Below, in pieces: positions 1-10,663 of a stretch of DNA of 64,000 bases (positions are counted from its first letter, which is position 1; each line of letters begins with the position of its first letter). The translations under genes were made by a program, and so were the position numbers. The notes under the pieces are model-generated. The model ran no database searches. It saw only the letters and a program-made list of their open reading frames with translations, and was not told the origin of the DNA. Origin of the DNA: Candidatus Latescibacterota bacterium (lineage in GTDB: Bacteria; Latescibacterota; UBA2968). The stretch lies in NCBI GenBank assembly GCA_965205975.1, contig OZ242195.1, positions 1,888,001-1,952,000 on the forward strand. Reading direction: 5' to 3'.

Positions 1-1171
1 CAAATATTGTCGCTATGCCGGGAACGATCCAGGCCGTATCTTCAGGGGCAGAAGCACAGGGCAGCGTGTGGACCGGCATGATGTGCCTCACCTACATGTT
101 CGCACTCATGGGCATCCAATCCTCACCCGCCTTTTCCATGTGGTGCTTTTCCAACAAAACCAGCGAACCTTTCCGCTGGCAGCAAGTCGTGGCATCCTCG
201 ATTATCATCGGCATCATCCTCTTCACCTTTACCATCTTTCAGGGTATTGGGGGCAATATCCTCATTGCAAACGGCATCTTTGAATCCGCCAATGACAAAA
301 ACCTCGTCCCCCAACTCATCAACCTGCTCACCGACTCAGCACCCTGGCTCGTTGGCCTGCTCGCAGTTTGTGCCCTCGCCGCAATGCAATCCACCGGCGC
401 TGCCTACATGTCCACCTTCTCCGGCATGGTCACCCGCGACCTCTACAAACAGTACGTCGCCCCCGACGCATCGGACAGCGTACAAAAACTCTGTGGGCGC
501 ATCTTCGTCATCGTCGTCACAGTGGTCGCGCTATTCGTCGCCGCACAATTCACCGGCGCCATCGTCATGCTCGGTGGCCTGGCAGTTGCCTACGGCTTCC
601 AGATGTATCCGGCACTCATGGGCGTATGCTACTTCCCCTGGCTCACCCGCAAAGGCGTGGTCTGGGGCCTTGTTGCCGGCCTTATTGCCGTTACCCTGAC
701 TGACCGTACAGTAGCCGTATTTGGGCTCCCCTGGGGTGCATTTCCTCTCACCATTCACAGCGCGGGCTGGGGCATCTTTGCCAACCTGATCATTGCCCTG
801 TTCGTCTCAAAATTTGCCTCAGAAAACAACGGAGAACGCGAAAAACGCAAAAAACACCACGCCTTCATCCAGGCCGTCTCTGGCCTCACCGACGACCAGA
901 AGAAATGGGTGACCCCGGCGTGGATCCTCACAGTTTTGTGGTTCCTCGTTGGATTCGGGCCTTTTGCCACGGTTGGCAACACCCTATTTTCCGACCCCAA
1001 CACCCCGGCCACATGGGCACCTTTTGGTTTGCCCTCGCTGTGGGTCTGGCAACTCCTCATGCTGATCTTTGGCATCTTCGTCATGTGGATGCTCGCCTTC
1101 AAAGTCGGCCTCTCCAAACCCGTTCCGTCGAAAACGTAGAATCACAGCGCAAAGCGCTTTTTGCAGAATAA
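1..1171 (+). CDS. Sodium:solute symporter (SSS) family protein, 5'-truncated by the window edge; probable -1 frameshift near 1123
   Basis: Polytopic hydrophobic ORF 15..1139 with the SSS-type 'ALAAMQST' and 'RDLY' segments. The adjacent frame continues VENVESQRKALFAE* to 1171, directly before a hairpin. Confidence 0.8.
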
Positions 1172-1178
1172 AAAAGCT

Positions 1179-1195
1179 CGGTGGAAAATCCACCG
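1179..1195 (+). terminator. Putative terminator hairpin after the SSS gene
   Basis: CGGTGGA-aaa-TCCACCG stem-loop followed by GTATTT. Confidence 0.4.
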
Positions 1196-1216
1196 GTATT
1201 TCATGGAGATAGATGA

Positions 1217-1429
1217 ATGGCAAAGCCTCACATCCCTCTAAAACTGGATAGAACAGCTCTCTCTATAGGCTCACTTTCCGACACGTCGGAAGAACGTACA
1301 TATTGGCTTACCCAAACGCCTCGCGAGCGCCTGAAACAAATCGAAATTCTTCGTCGGATCAATTATGGAAATCGAGCTACCAGACGACTTCAAAGAGTTC
1401 TTGAAGTTGCTCAACGAACATGGCGTTGA
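1217..1429 (+). CDS. Small hypothetical protein, partner of the downstream nucleotidyltransferase
   Basis: 70 aa, GGAG RBS, 'YWLTQTPRERL..IEILRR' motif, overlaps the next gene. Confidence 0.55.
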   Translation: MAKPHIPLKLDRTALSIGSLSDTSEERTYWLTQTPRERLKQIEILRRINYGNRATRRLQRVLEVAQRTWR

Positions 1430-1811
1430 ATATCTCTTGATTGGTGGCTATGCTGTCGGTTATTACGGTTACCCACGAGCCACTAACGATTTAGATATTT
1501 GGATTGCAGTCCATCCTCAAAATGCCGAACGCCTGGTCACTGTCCTGCAAGCCTTTGGATTCCCCACATCCGATCTATTTGCAAACATATTTCTCAATGG
1601 AGAAGACATCATTCGCATGGGCGTTCCTCCAATGCGTATTGAAATTATTCCATCTATCTCTGGTGTTGATTTTGATACATGCTATGCAGAACGCATCGTG
1701 GATACCATAGATGAAATTCAAGTCACTCTAATCAGTCTTGAGCACTTAAAGGCGAACAAAAAAGCCAGCGGAAGATTCAAAGACCTCGACGATTTAGAAC
1801 ACCTTCCTTAA
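1365..1811 (+). CDS. Nucleotidyltransferase (Pol beta superfamily, DUF6036-like)
   Basis: 'YLLIGGYAV..YG.PRATNDLDIW' NTase signature; C-terminal 'KKASGRFKDLDD'. Confidence 0.75.
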   Translation: MEIELPDDFKEFLKLLNEHGVEYLLIGGYAVGYYGYPRATNDLDIWIAVHPQNAERLVTVLQAFGFPTSDLFANIFLNGEDIIRMGVPPMRIEIIPSISGVDFDTCYAERIVDTIDEIQVTLISLEHLKANKKASGRFKDLDDLEHLP

Positions 1812-1817
1812 AAGCCT

Positions 1818-2852
1818 TCAATATTCCCACAGATCATCGTCGAACCACACCCCAAACCCCGGTCCCTCACCTGGTGCCATTTTGCCATCCATAACTTCCG
1901 GCTGATCGCGCACCCAATTCATCCAGGGGCGCCTACTTTCAGCCAGCGGATCGGGATCGAGTGCGACAATCGCGTGCAGCGCCCACACCTCTCCCCCACG
2001 ATGCGGACACACCTCTGTATTGTACTCCTTCGCCAACGCGTAAATTTTCACCAACTCTGTCAATCCCCCGCACCAGCACACATCAGGTTGATAAATAGCG
2101 TGTAATCCCCGCTGCATCAGCGCCTCAAATCCACGCGCCGTATATTCGTGCTCGCCACTCGCAATGGGAATGGGACTCTCGCGCATCAACCGTTCATAGC
2201 CGTCAAAATCCTCTGGCAAAAGCGGCTCTTCCAACCAGTCCAAATTGAACTCAGCCAACCGATCCGCAGCGCGCAATGTGCCCTCTACATCCCACGACAT
2301 TGACGCATCGCACATCAACTGAATATCGGCACCCACGGCTGCTCGTGCATCCGCAAAAAAATCCGCTATGGCATCCAATTCACTGTGGGGATCCATCCCG
2401 CCAACACCAAATTTTAATGCCTTATAACCCAGCGCGAGTGCGCCCTCAAGACCATCCCGCGACCACCCCGTGCGATACGACGGCACCGCCATTCGCGTTC
2501 CACCCAGCACTTCGACAAGCGGTTTATTCGCCCGTTTGCCCCGCAAATCCCACAATGCCAAATCCACACCACTAATCGCCATCATCGCAATCCCCTTGTA
2601 TCCATAAGCTGCGGTATGGCGATACATCGCATCCCACAACCCCTCGACATCCTCGGCATTCGCGCCGATTAACACCTCGCGCAACACCGTCTGAACCACA
2701 TGAATACCCGCCGGGCCGCCTCCACCAACACCGTATCCCGACAACCCATCATCCGTATCAATACGAACGAGAATCTGTCCAATCGTTCCGCGCCAACCAG
2801 CAGGCGCGCGATCCGCCTCGGGCTGCACTGCGCGAACATGTGTAATGATCAT
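1818..2852 (-). CDS. Mandelate racemase/muconate lactonizing enzyme (enolase superfamily)
   Basis: 'AISGVDLALWDLRGK', 'WLEEPL', 'SGEH', 'QPD' motifs. Confidence 0.9.
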   Translation of the reverse strand: MIITHVRAVQPEADRAPAGWRGTIGQILVRIDTDDGLSGYGVGGGGPAGIHVVQTVLREVLIGANAEDVEGLWDAMYRHTAAYGYKGIAMMAISGVDLALWDLRGKRANKPLVEVLGGTRMAVPSYRTGWSRDGLEGALALGYKALKFGVGGMDPHSELDAIADFFADARAAVGADIQLMCDASMSWDVEGTLRAADRLAEFNLDWLEEPLLPEDFDGYERLMRESPIPIASGEHEYTARGFEALMQRGLHAIYQPDVCWCGGLTELVKIYALAKEYNTEVCPHRGGEVWALHAIVALDPDPLAESRRPWMNWVRDQPEVMDGKMAPGEGPGFGVWFDDDLWEY

Positions 2853-2967
2853 ATGCGATCTCCTATTAAAAATAAAAAATAATTGCCATTCTGCGTCTTG
2901 ATATAAGACCCGATTCAGGATATATTTACTACAACTGACTTACCCGCCAAATTCCCGGAGAAATATA

Positions 2968-3709
2968 ATGGATAAAACAATCAGACGCACGCCTGATGGA
3001 AAGCCCGAACGGCGCACGCCCGATGAAATGCTGCGCGATGCCGTATCAGACGATACCGATATTCCCGGCAAGGGCAAGCCACTCGACTTAAAAGCGTATT
3101 TCCGTCCCAATGAGGAACATCGCATGGCGGGCAAAATTCTGCGCGACAACAACGTGCTTCCCGCACATCTCCAGGAGCGCAAAGATGCGGAAGAATACCT
3201 CAAAAAAGCCGAAGAGCACCTGCAGCGCGCAACCGAAAAAATCGCACCATTGCAAAAAGCAATACGCCCCCTCGCGCAAATACTCATCCGCACATTTTCC
3301 AACGACAAAGAGATGTGCGAAGCGCTTGGCCTGAACGCACTACCAGAAAATTTTCACCCCAACGCGAAAACGCCGCCCGCGTCCGATCTCCTTGAGACCA
3401 TCAGCACCTTCGACCAATTGTGCAAACAATACAATGCACGGGTGCGCGACCTGACATACCGCTACCTCGAAAACCTGCGCCTCGCGCACGAAAATATCGA
3501 AGCCAGCAAAAAGCGGCAACTCGTCAACCGCTCGCTTTTGCCAGCTTATGCACCCATTGCCAAAGTCGATATCAAAGCGCAGAGAAAATACATACAAAAG
3601 ATGTTTCCCCCTCCTGCCCGAACGCCCACGCGACTGGCAATCGCGTCTCAAAACATGGCAACGCTCTCAAAAGCCATCCCTCTGGCATCGCATGTTCAGA
3701 TCTGTCTAA
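2968..3709 (+). CDS. DUF1992-domain protein; probable frameshift in a C run at about 3607-3611
   Basis: 'PGKGKPLDL...MAGKILRDNNVLP' DUF1992 motif. The alternative frame after the C run reads LLPERPRDWQSRLKTWQRSQKPSLWHRMFRSV* to 3709; the ORF track runs on to 3840 through AT-rich intergenic-like DNA. Confidence 0.6.
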
Positions 3710-3724
3710 TCTTCTTTTTTCTTT

Positions 3725-3741
3725 ATCTGTGTACATCTGCG
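3725..3741. repeat. ATCTGYGT 10-bp-period short repeat (copy 1)
   Basis: atctgtgtacatctgcg; related to 30514-30542 and 55107-55134. Confidence 0.45.
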
Positions 3742-3878
3742 AAAAACGCTCAAATTATTCGCGTTTTTTTCTGCGGATACCTCCACCTGACCCACTCCTA
3801 TCTTGTCTTGACGCATTATCCAAATTCTTGTAATTTATAAGTAAGTAAACACTTTCTTTTTTTATCAGGAGTTGATCT

Positions 3879-6176
3879 GTGGCAAACGGTTCCGAGATAA
3901 ATCTTCTGGAAATCCCTCCGCAGCACATTTTAGATGGCCTTATCCCATCGCACGAAACGGTCCAATTATCGGTCAGTACCGACATTTGTCTCGATGGCAC
4001 GTATGGCATCGCTTATCTCCTCGCCACGGACAAACACTTGTTTGCAATCAGCCCCAACGGCGATTCGACACCACACACAGAGCGTATCCCACTTTCAGAA
4101 ATTACCAATCTCGAAGTCAAAGACCTGTTTGGCAACAGCTTACTCAAAGTCCGCACCGGAACCACAGGTGCCACACTCGCGCGATTTACCAAAGGTCAGA
4201 ACCAGAAATTCAATCGGATAACGCACCAACTTGAAACCCTTGTAAAAGACGCACGCAAAACCGAAGAAAAAATCGCAAAAGGCCAACTTGGGCGTGCGAT
4301 TTCGGGCAGACGGTGTGACGTGTGCGGCACAATCATTTCCCGCAGAGTGGGAGTCTGCACCAACTGTCTCGACACCCGGAAACTGCTGTATCGCTTGCTC
4401 GCCTATGCGCGTCCCTACTGGAAACTCGGAACCCTGAGCCTTGTCCTGCTCCTCACCGCGACATTCATTGGCCTTACCCCACCGCTTTTGATGCGCGAAC
4501 TCATCGATGGCGTACTCGCACCTTCTGCAACATATGAAACGACCTTCTTCCGCGACATCACAAACAGTATATTTGGGATACCAACCGGATACCAAATCCT
4601 CTATTTTCTCGTGGGCCTGCTCCTGCTGATCAACCTCTCACGATCGGGCCTTCGCGCCGTACGCTCGTATATCCTATCCGTTCTTGGACAGAAAATCACC
4701 TATAACCTCAGGAATGAGGTCTATCAGCACCTTCACCGACATTCTCTCAGCTTCTACAACGAACGCGAAACCGGCACCATTATGGCCAGCATCACCCAGG
4801 ATGTGGGGCGCCTGCAAGATTTTATCAGCGATGGCCTGCAAGAAATCATCCGCGACATCGTTACCATCGCCTTTATATGCATCATTCTCTTTACGATGAA
4901 TATCAAACTCGCCACCCTCGTTTTAATCCCCACGCCCCTTCTGATTATTGCAACCCTCAAATTTGGTCACCACCTGCATCGCACCTATCGCGGCCTGTTT
5001 CGGCGTTGGGCTGCCATCAGCGCACTCCTTGCCGACACCATTCCCGGCGTGCGCGTGGTCAAAGCCTTTGCACAGGAAAACCGCGAAGTGGGTAAATTTC
5101 AGACGCGCAGCGAAGACCTCCTCAAGGGCGAAATCAAAATTGCGGGCATTCGCAGCATCTTCAGTCCCGTCATGGCTTTTATTACATCTATCGGAACGCT
5201 GATTATATGGCTCGTGGGAGGCTCCTCGGTTCTCGACGGCGCATTGACCCTGGGCAACTTTGTGGCATTTACACAGTACATGTGGCAGTTTTATGGCCCG
5301 GTTGAAAGCCTCTGCCGCCTCAACCACCGCTTCCAGCGGGCCGCGTCTTCTGCCGAACGCGTCTTTGAAGTGCTCGACACGCAGCCCGACGTAACCGACA
5401 GGCGCAGCGCGTACCCAATGCCCTCAATTGAAGGACGCATCCAATTTGACGACGTGACATTTTCTTACGAACCCGGCAAACCCGTTCTCAAAAATCTCAA
5501 TTTTACCGTTGAACCCGGCGAAATGATTGGCCTCGCCGGACATTCTGGCGCGGGCAAAAGCACCCTGATCAACCTGATTTGCAGATTTTACGACATTGAG
5601 GACGGCGCAATTTTAATTGACGGACGCGATATCCGCACTGTCACCCTCAAATCCCTGCGCGATCAGATTGGCGTCGTTCTGCAAGACCCCTTTCTCTTCA
5701 ATGGGCCCATAGCCGAAAATATCGCATACGGCAACCCCGATGCAGCACTCGATGAAATCGTCGCAGCCGCCAAAACAGCCAATGCCCACGATTTTATCCT
5801 CCGCCTACCCGATAGCTACGACACACCCGTAGGTGAACGCGGCGTTCGGCTCTCGGGCGGCGAAAGACAACGCATCTCCATTGCGCGCGCGATCCTGCGA
5901 AACCCGCGTATTCTAATTCTCGATGAAGCCACCTCCAGCATGGATACAGAGACAGAATCACAGATTCAGGAAGCCCTTTACAGACTCGTGCAAGGGCGCA
6001 CGACCTTTGCCATTGCCCATCGCCTTTCCACGCTCAAACACGCAGACCGTCTCTTTATCATCGACCAAGGCGAACTCGCCGAGATGGGATCACACGCCGA
6101 ACTCATCGCCTACGATGGTATTTACGCGCGCCTTTGCCGCATGCAAACCGAACTGTCAAAACTTCGCGCGTGGTAG
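3879..6176 (+). CDS. ABC exporter, fused permease/ATPase with N-terminal extension and CxxC..CxxC
   Basis: Walker A GHSGAGKS, signature LSGGERQR, Walker B ILILDEATS, about six TM segments, CDVC..CTNC. Confidence 0.92.
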   Translation: MANGSEINLLEIPPQHILDGLIPSHETVQLSVSTDICLDGTYGIAYLLATDKHLFAISPNGDSTPHTERIPLSEITNLEVKDLFGNSLLKVRTGTTGATLARFTKGQNQKFNRITHQLETLVKDARKTEEKIAKGQLGRAISGRRCDVCGTIISRRVGVCTNCLDTRKLLYRLLAYARPYWKLGTLSLVLLLTATFIGLTPPLLMRELIDGVLAPSATYETTFFRDITNSIFGIPTGYQILYFLVGLLLLINLSRSGLRAVRSYILSVLGQKITYNLRNEVYQHLHRHSLSFYNERETGTIMASITQDVGRLQDFISDGLQEIIRDIVTIAFICIILFTMNIKLATLVLIPTPLLIIATLKFGHHLHRTYRGLFRRWAAISALLADTIPGVRVVKAFAQENREVGKFQTRSEDLLKGEIKIAGIRSIFSPVMAFITSIGTLIIWLVGGSSVLDGALTLGNFVAFTQYMWQFYGPVESLCRLNHRFQRAASSAERVFEVLDTQPDVTDRRSAYPMPSIEGRIQFDDVTFSYEPGKPVLKNLNFTVEPGEMIGLAGHSGAGKSTLINLICRFYDIEDGAILIDGRDIRTVTLKSLRDQIGVVLQDPFLFNGPIAENIAYGNPDAALDEIVAAAKTANAHDFILRLPDSYDTPVGERGVRLSGGERQRISIARAILRNPRILILDEATSSMDTETESQIQEALYRLVQGRTTFAIAHRLSTLKHADRLFIIDQGELAEMGSHAELIAYDGIYARLCRMQTELSKLRAW

Positions 6177-6193
6177 CGAATAAAGGTATATAA

Positions 6194-6703
6194 ATGTCTT
6201 CACTCCCCAATCTGACCGGCGACCTCTCTTTACTCTCGCCCCGCGACATTCGCCTGTATCTCGACGATTTTGACGATCTCACACTCGACCTGCGCAGCGA
6301 AATCCACGAGCGGGTTGGTGTTCAGCGCGCTTTTCCGCTCAACGCGTCCACAAAATTTATCGTAATTCTAAATTCAGACGGCGACGAAATTGGCATTGTA
6401 CGCGACATGGCCGATCTCGACTCAGACAGCCGAGATGCATTGGAAATAACACTCGAACAGACATATTTTATGCCTCGCATTCTAAAAATAAATAGCATTG
6501 TTTCCAATTTTCACGTCCCCACATGGGATGTGGAAACAGATCGCGGGCACCGCGTATTTGAAATCCCCAGCAGCAAGCGCGACGTGCGCGTAATTGACGA
6601 CGTACGCGTGATCCTCCGCGATGCCGATGGCAACCGCTACGAGATCGTCGATTACCGTCGCCTTGACCCCGATAGCATTGCATTTGTGGAAACCATTGTT
6701 TGA
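6194..6703 (+). CDS. DUF1854 domain protein
   Basis: 'RAFPL', 'YFMPRILKI', 'WDVETDRG.R.F', 'DADGNRY.I.D...LD..S'; usual partner of this ABC exporter. Confidence 0.8.
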   Translation: MSSLPNLTGDLSLLSPRDIRLYLDDFDDLTLDLRSEIHERVGVQRAFPLNASTKFIVILNSDGDEIGIVRDMADLDSDSRDALEITLEQTYFMPRILKINSIVSNFHVPTWDVETDRGHRVFEIPSSKRDVRVIDDVRVILRDADGNRYEIVDYRRLDPDSIAFVETIV

Positions 6704-6792
6704 AACCTGTATCTGGGGAACAATCGCACTACAATTTTCGTCAAAACCAAAATGAATTGATGCGCCTATTTTTGTATTAGAAAGGAGGGACC

Positions 6793-9700
6793 ATGAAACT
6801 CAGTGAATTTGCCATTAATAAACCCATCAGCACCATTATGATTGTGCTCAGTATTATGATGATGGGTTTTATTTCCCTATTCAGACTGCCGCTCGAATAC
6901 CTGCCCAGCCTGACATTTCCGCGTATCTTTGTTTCCGTCAATTACCCCTCCTCTTCTCCGGAAGAAATTGAGCGGTTCATTACGCGCCCTATCGAAGAAA
7001 TCCTCGGCACGCTGTCGGGCGTTGAAGGCATAAGTTCCTCATCGAGCGGATCCAGTGCACGCGTCGGCATGGAATTTGCGATGGATGCCGATATGGACAT
7101 CATCGGTGTTCACATCCGCGACCGTCTCGATCAAGTTCGCGCCGACCTGCCCGCCGATGTCGATCGCATCGATATTCGCAGCTTCGACACCGAAGACTTT
7201 CCCATTCTCGAATACTCCCTCACCTGGCTTGGCGAAAACAACCAGGAACTCGTCAATGTTTACAATCAGCTAATCTTGCCCAGAATACAGCGTCTCGAGG
7301 GCGTCGCCAATGTCGCGCTCGAAGGATTGCGAGAAAAAGACCTTCTTATTGAAGTCGATCAAAAAGCCATGACAGCCTATAAGATGGACTTCCGCACTAT
7401 TAATCGCGCTCTGAACAGCAACAATATCAATGTCTCTGCGGGATATGTCACCGAAGGCAACAAACGTCTCGCCGTGCGCAGCATGGGCGAGTTTGAAACC
7501 GTTGATCAAATTCGCGCACTGCCCATTCGCCCCAATCTCACTCTCGCCGATGTTGCCGATGTCACATACGATTATCCCGAATCCCGCAGCTTTGAACGCC
7601 TTGACGGGCGTCCTTCGCTAAACCTTGAAGTCCAGAAAGCCTCAACAGCCAACATGGTCGATGTCTGCAAACTCGTGCGCGACGAACTCGCCCTCATCCA
7701 CGAAGAAGTCGGCAAAGACAAGCTCCGAATGCACATAGTGCGCGACCGATCTATCGACGTGACAAATAGCATCGCCAGCCTCAGCCAATCTGCTATTTTG
7801 GGAGGCCTGTTGGCCGTCATCGCCATCTTTATTTTTCTTCGCAATTTCCGCAGCACGCTCATCATCGGCTCTGCTATTCCCATCAGTGTGCTCACCGTTT
7901 TCCTGATCATGTATTTCATGCGGCAATCCGGATCGAACATCACCCTCAATCTCATTTCCATGATGGGGCTAATGGTCGCCATCGGCATGCTCGTCGATCC
8001 TGCTGTCGTGGCCCTTGAAAATATCTTTCGCAAACGATTTGAAATAGGGCAAGGTGCCAGGCAGGCCGCGCTTGAGGGCAGCAATGAAATCGGGCTTCCA
8101 GTTCTCGCTGCATCGCTCACGACCATCTGCGTATTTATCCCGGTCATTTTTGTCACCGATTCGCGCACATCGCTCTTCATGCGCGACTTTGCCATTACCG
8201 TGATCATATCTGTTATTGCCTCGTTTTGTATCGCGCTCTCACTTATCCCGCTTGCAGCCTCTCGCGCCTTCAATGATGATGGTAAAATCCTTGATCGCGT
8301 TCTCAAGAGTATTGTCGGCCTTGTAGCCGCGCTCGGTTTGGGAGCCTTTATTTATTACACGGACTTCAGCAAAATTGATTACGCTGGCCTGTGGGCAAAT
8401 TTTAACACGACCATCAGCGCGTTGCCGACATTTGCCAAAATCGGTTTTCCCGGCATCATTGCCCTGGTCATCTTTCTCTATTTTCGCTATCGTTCAATTG
8501 GCCCCAAAGCGATGTATGCCAAATTCGTATCTTCCACCCTTCACTACCGCTGGGCAACTCTCTCGGTAGCATGTGTTCTCCTTTTTGTCGGCAACTACAT
8601 CTACGGCAAAGTAGAGCAACAGCCCTTCCGATATCAGCCCAGTCGCGCCGTAAGGCTCACCATTGAAATGCCCCGCAGCTACGATGTAGATAAAGCGCGT
8701 GAGATCTTCAAAATTGCCGAAGACATACTCATCCCCTTAAAAAACGATCTCGACATCGAAGCCATTGGCAGCCGATACAGCGGTCGGCGCGGCACCCGCC
8801 TGACCCTTTATCTCACGCCAGCAGACGAAGGCAAACTCACCACAGATGAAGTTCAGCGCAAAGTTATCGCCCTCCTGCCCAAAGACATTCCAGGTGTGCG
8901 TTTCAAATCCGGCGGTGGCCGCGGTAGTTCTGCCGTGGGGGCTGGCGTTCAACTCAAAGGGCGCAACCAGGAAACACTGGCCATTTTAGCTGAAGACATT
9001 GAAACCAGCATGCAGGGAATGCCCGGCGTTCACGAAATACAGACCAGCCTCGAAAGCGGAACCGAGGAAATTCGCGTCACAGTCAATCGCGAGCGCGCAC
9101 AGCGCTATGGTCTCTCTCCGCGCGATATTGCAAACACCATAGCCTCTGCACTCGGTTCGCGCGGTGGCTCCAACTTCAAAACCCCCGATGGCGAAATCGA
9201 CATCACAGTGCTGCTGCGCGAAGAAGATCGCGCCACCCTCGAACAACTCAAAACAACGGAATTTGAAAGCGATAACGGCGGCATGGTCACCTTCTCCAGC
9301 CTGGCGAATTTCGACCTGACAACGGGACGCAACACGATTCAACGCGAAGATCGCATGTCAACCGTAACCGTTTTTGCCAATACAGATCAGCAAGCGGTAT
9401 TTCGCGTGGGGCAGATCATGAAAATGCGCATGGAAGGCGTCCCCCTGCCCAAGGGATATACGTATGAAATGGATCGCCGATTCAGATCTATGAATGCAGA
9501 ACAAAACCAGGACTACGAGACCTTGATTTTAGCACTCATTCTCATTTACATCATCATGGCCTCACTCTTTGAATCCTATGTCCATCCACTCACCATTATG
9601 TTCTGCATATTCTTCGCATTCATCGGCGTCGCCCTCGGTCTCTACACCTTCAAAATCGCCATGGACAGCAATGCCAAATACGGTCTTCTCGTACTTTTTG

Positions 9701-10047
9701 GTATCGTGGTCAACAACGGTATTGTCCTGGTCGATCACATCAACAGATACCGAAAACAGGGGCTTGTTCGCCGCGATGCTATTATCCGTGGAGGGCAAGA
9801 TCGCTTGCGTCCGATTATGATGACCGCTACCACCACCATCATCGGTCTGATGCCGCTGGTACTGCCGATGCTCTTTGGCAATGCAGAAGGCACCTCAAGG
9901 CGCTGGGGACCAATTGGTCTGGTGGTTATTTCCGGGCTATCTATCTCAACAATCCTGACCCTCGTACTCTTGCCCACGGTCTATTCCCTCATGGATGACC
10001 TCTCCCAATTTGCCAAGCGCGTCACAGCCGTAGCACGCGCGCAATAA
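6793..10047 (+). CDS. RND efflux transporter permease (AcrB/AcrD/AcrF family)
   Basis: 1084 aa; 'SPEEIE..ITRPIEE', 'AIGMLVD', 'RLRPIMMTATTT'; AGGAGG RBS. Confidence 0.92.
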   Translation: MKLSEFAINKPISTIMIVLSIMMMGFISLFRLPLEYLPSLTFPRIFVSVNYPSSSPEEIERFITRPIEEILGTLSGVEGISSSSSGSSARVGMEFAMDADMDIIGVHIRDRLDQVRADLPADVDRIDIRSFDTEDFPILEYSLTWLGENNQELVNVYNQLILPRIQRLEGVANVALEGLREKDLLIEVDQKAMTAYKMDFRTINRALNSNNINVSAGYVTEGNKRLAVRSMGEFETVDQIRALPIRPNLTLADVADVTYDYPESRSFERLDGRPSLNLEVQKASTANMVDVCKLVRDELALIHEEVGKDKLRMHIVRDRSIDVTNSIASLSQSAILGGLLAVIAIFIFLRNFRSTLIIGSAIPISVLTVFLIMYFMRQSGSNITLNLISMMGLMVAIGMLVDPAVVALENIFRKRFEIGQGARQAALEGSNEIGLPVLAASLTTICVFIPVIFVTDSRTSLFMRDFAITVIISVIASFCIALSLIPLAASRAFNDDGKILDRVLKSIVGLVAALGLGAFIYYTDFSKIDYAGLWANFNTTISALPTFAKIGFPGIIALVIFLYFRYRSIGPKAMYAKFVSSTLHYRWATLSVACVLLFVGNYIYGKVEQQPFRYQPSRAVRLTIEMPRSYDVDKAREIFKIAEDILIPLKNDLDIEAIGSRYSGRRGTRLTLYLTPADEGKLTTDEVQRKVIALLPKDIPGVRFKSGGGRGSSAVGAGVQLKGRNQETLAILAEDIETSMQGMPGVHEIQTSLESGTEEIRVTVNRERAQRYGLSPRDIANTIASALGSRGGSNFKTPDGEIDITVLLREEDRATLEQLKTTEFESDNGGMVTFSSLANFDLTTGRNTIQREDRMSTVTVFANTDQQAVFRVGQIMKMRMEGVPLPKGYTYEMDRRFRSMNAEQNQDYETLILALILIYIIMASLFESYVHPLTIMFCIFFAFIGVALGLYTFKIAMDSNAKYGLLVLFGIVVNNGIVLVDHINRYRKQGLVRRDAIIRGGQDRLRPIMMTATTTIIGLMPLVLPMLFGNAEGTSRRWGPIGLVVISGLSISTILTLVLLPTVYSLMDDLSQFAKRVTAVARAQ

Positions 10048-10048
10048 C

Positions 10049-10097
10049 AAAAAACCCCAAGTGCTCGGCAAACCTTACCGAGTACTTGGGGTTTTGC
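10049..10097. terminator. Bidirectional intrinsic terminator between the convergent RND and bactofilin genes
   Basis: AAAACCCCAAGTGCTCGG-loop-CCGAGTACTTGGGGTTTT. Confidence 0.8.
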
Positions 10098-10145
10098 TTC
10101 TTCCCTAAAAGGCACTACGCTTCCTCGCGCAGTGCCTTTTATGTT

Positions 10146-10514
10146 TCATTTGATGTGATCAACCTCTTGTATTTCACTGCCCGCATCGCAGTCGGCCTTA
10201 AAAACGGCGCCATCTTCAACAATCAAGACACCCGTTTGAATTTTTCCAATAAAAGTGGCTTGCGACTGCAAATGAACCTTCTCCTCAGCCACCAGATTCC
10301 CCACAATGCGCCCGCTGATCAATGCGTCGCGCACCTTTACATTGGCCTCAACAATACCCGACGTTCCTACAATCAACGTACCGGATGACTCGAGTTCGCC
10401 TTTCAAGACCCCATCCACACGCACGCCAGCCTCAATTTGAAAATGACCTTCAGAAACTGCCCCACGCCCAATAATGGTATTCATGGTTTTGTCAAAATTA
10501 GTATTGCGATCCAC
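10146..10514 (-). CDS. Bactofilin (polymer-forming cytoskeletal protein)
   Basis: 'TIIG.G...G..VRVDG...G.L...G.LIVGTSG.VEANV...ISG...GNL...V.L....IVEDGAVF'; GTG start after AGGAGGAG. Confidence 0.88.
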   Translation of the reverse strand: MDRNTNFDKTMNTIIGRGAVSEGHFQIEAGVRVDGVLKGELESSGTLIVGTSGIVEANVKVRDALISGRIVGNLVAEEKVHLQSQATFIGKIQTGVLIVEDGAVFKADCDAGSEIQEVDHIK

Positions 10515-10599
10515 GGATCTCTCCTCCTGAAAGTTTTCAACGGGCACCTAATATAAATCTTATGTACTTTGAGTCAATTTCTTTCTTCAAATTTTCCGC

Positions 10600-10628
10600 T
10601 TGACAAGCATTTTTTACAAGCGTACTTT
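10600..10628 (+). promoter_or_regulatory. Putative sigma70 promoter for the 10664-12796 operon
   Basis: TTGACA-17bp-TACTTT. Confidence 0.45.
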
Positions 10629-10663
10629 GCGAGCCATTTTACACCCAAAACCGAGGAGAAACT

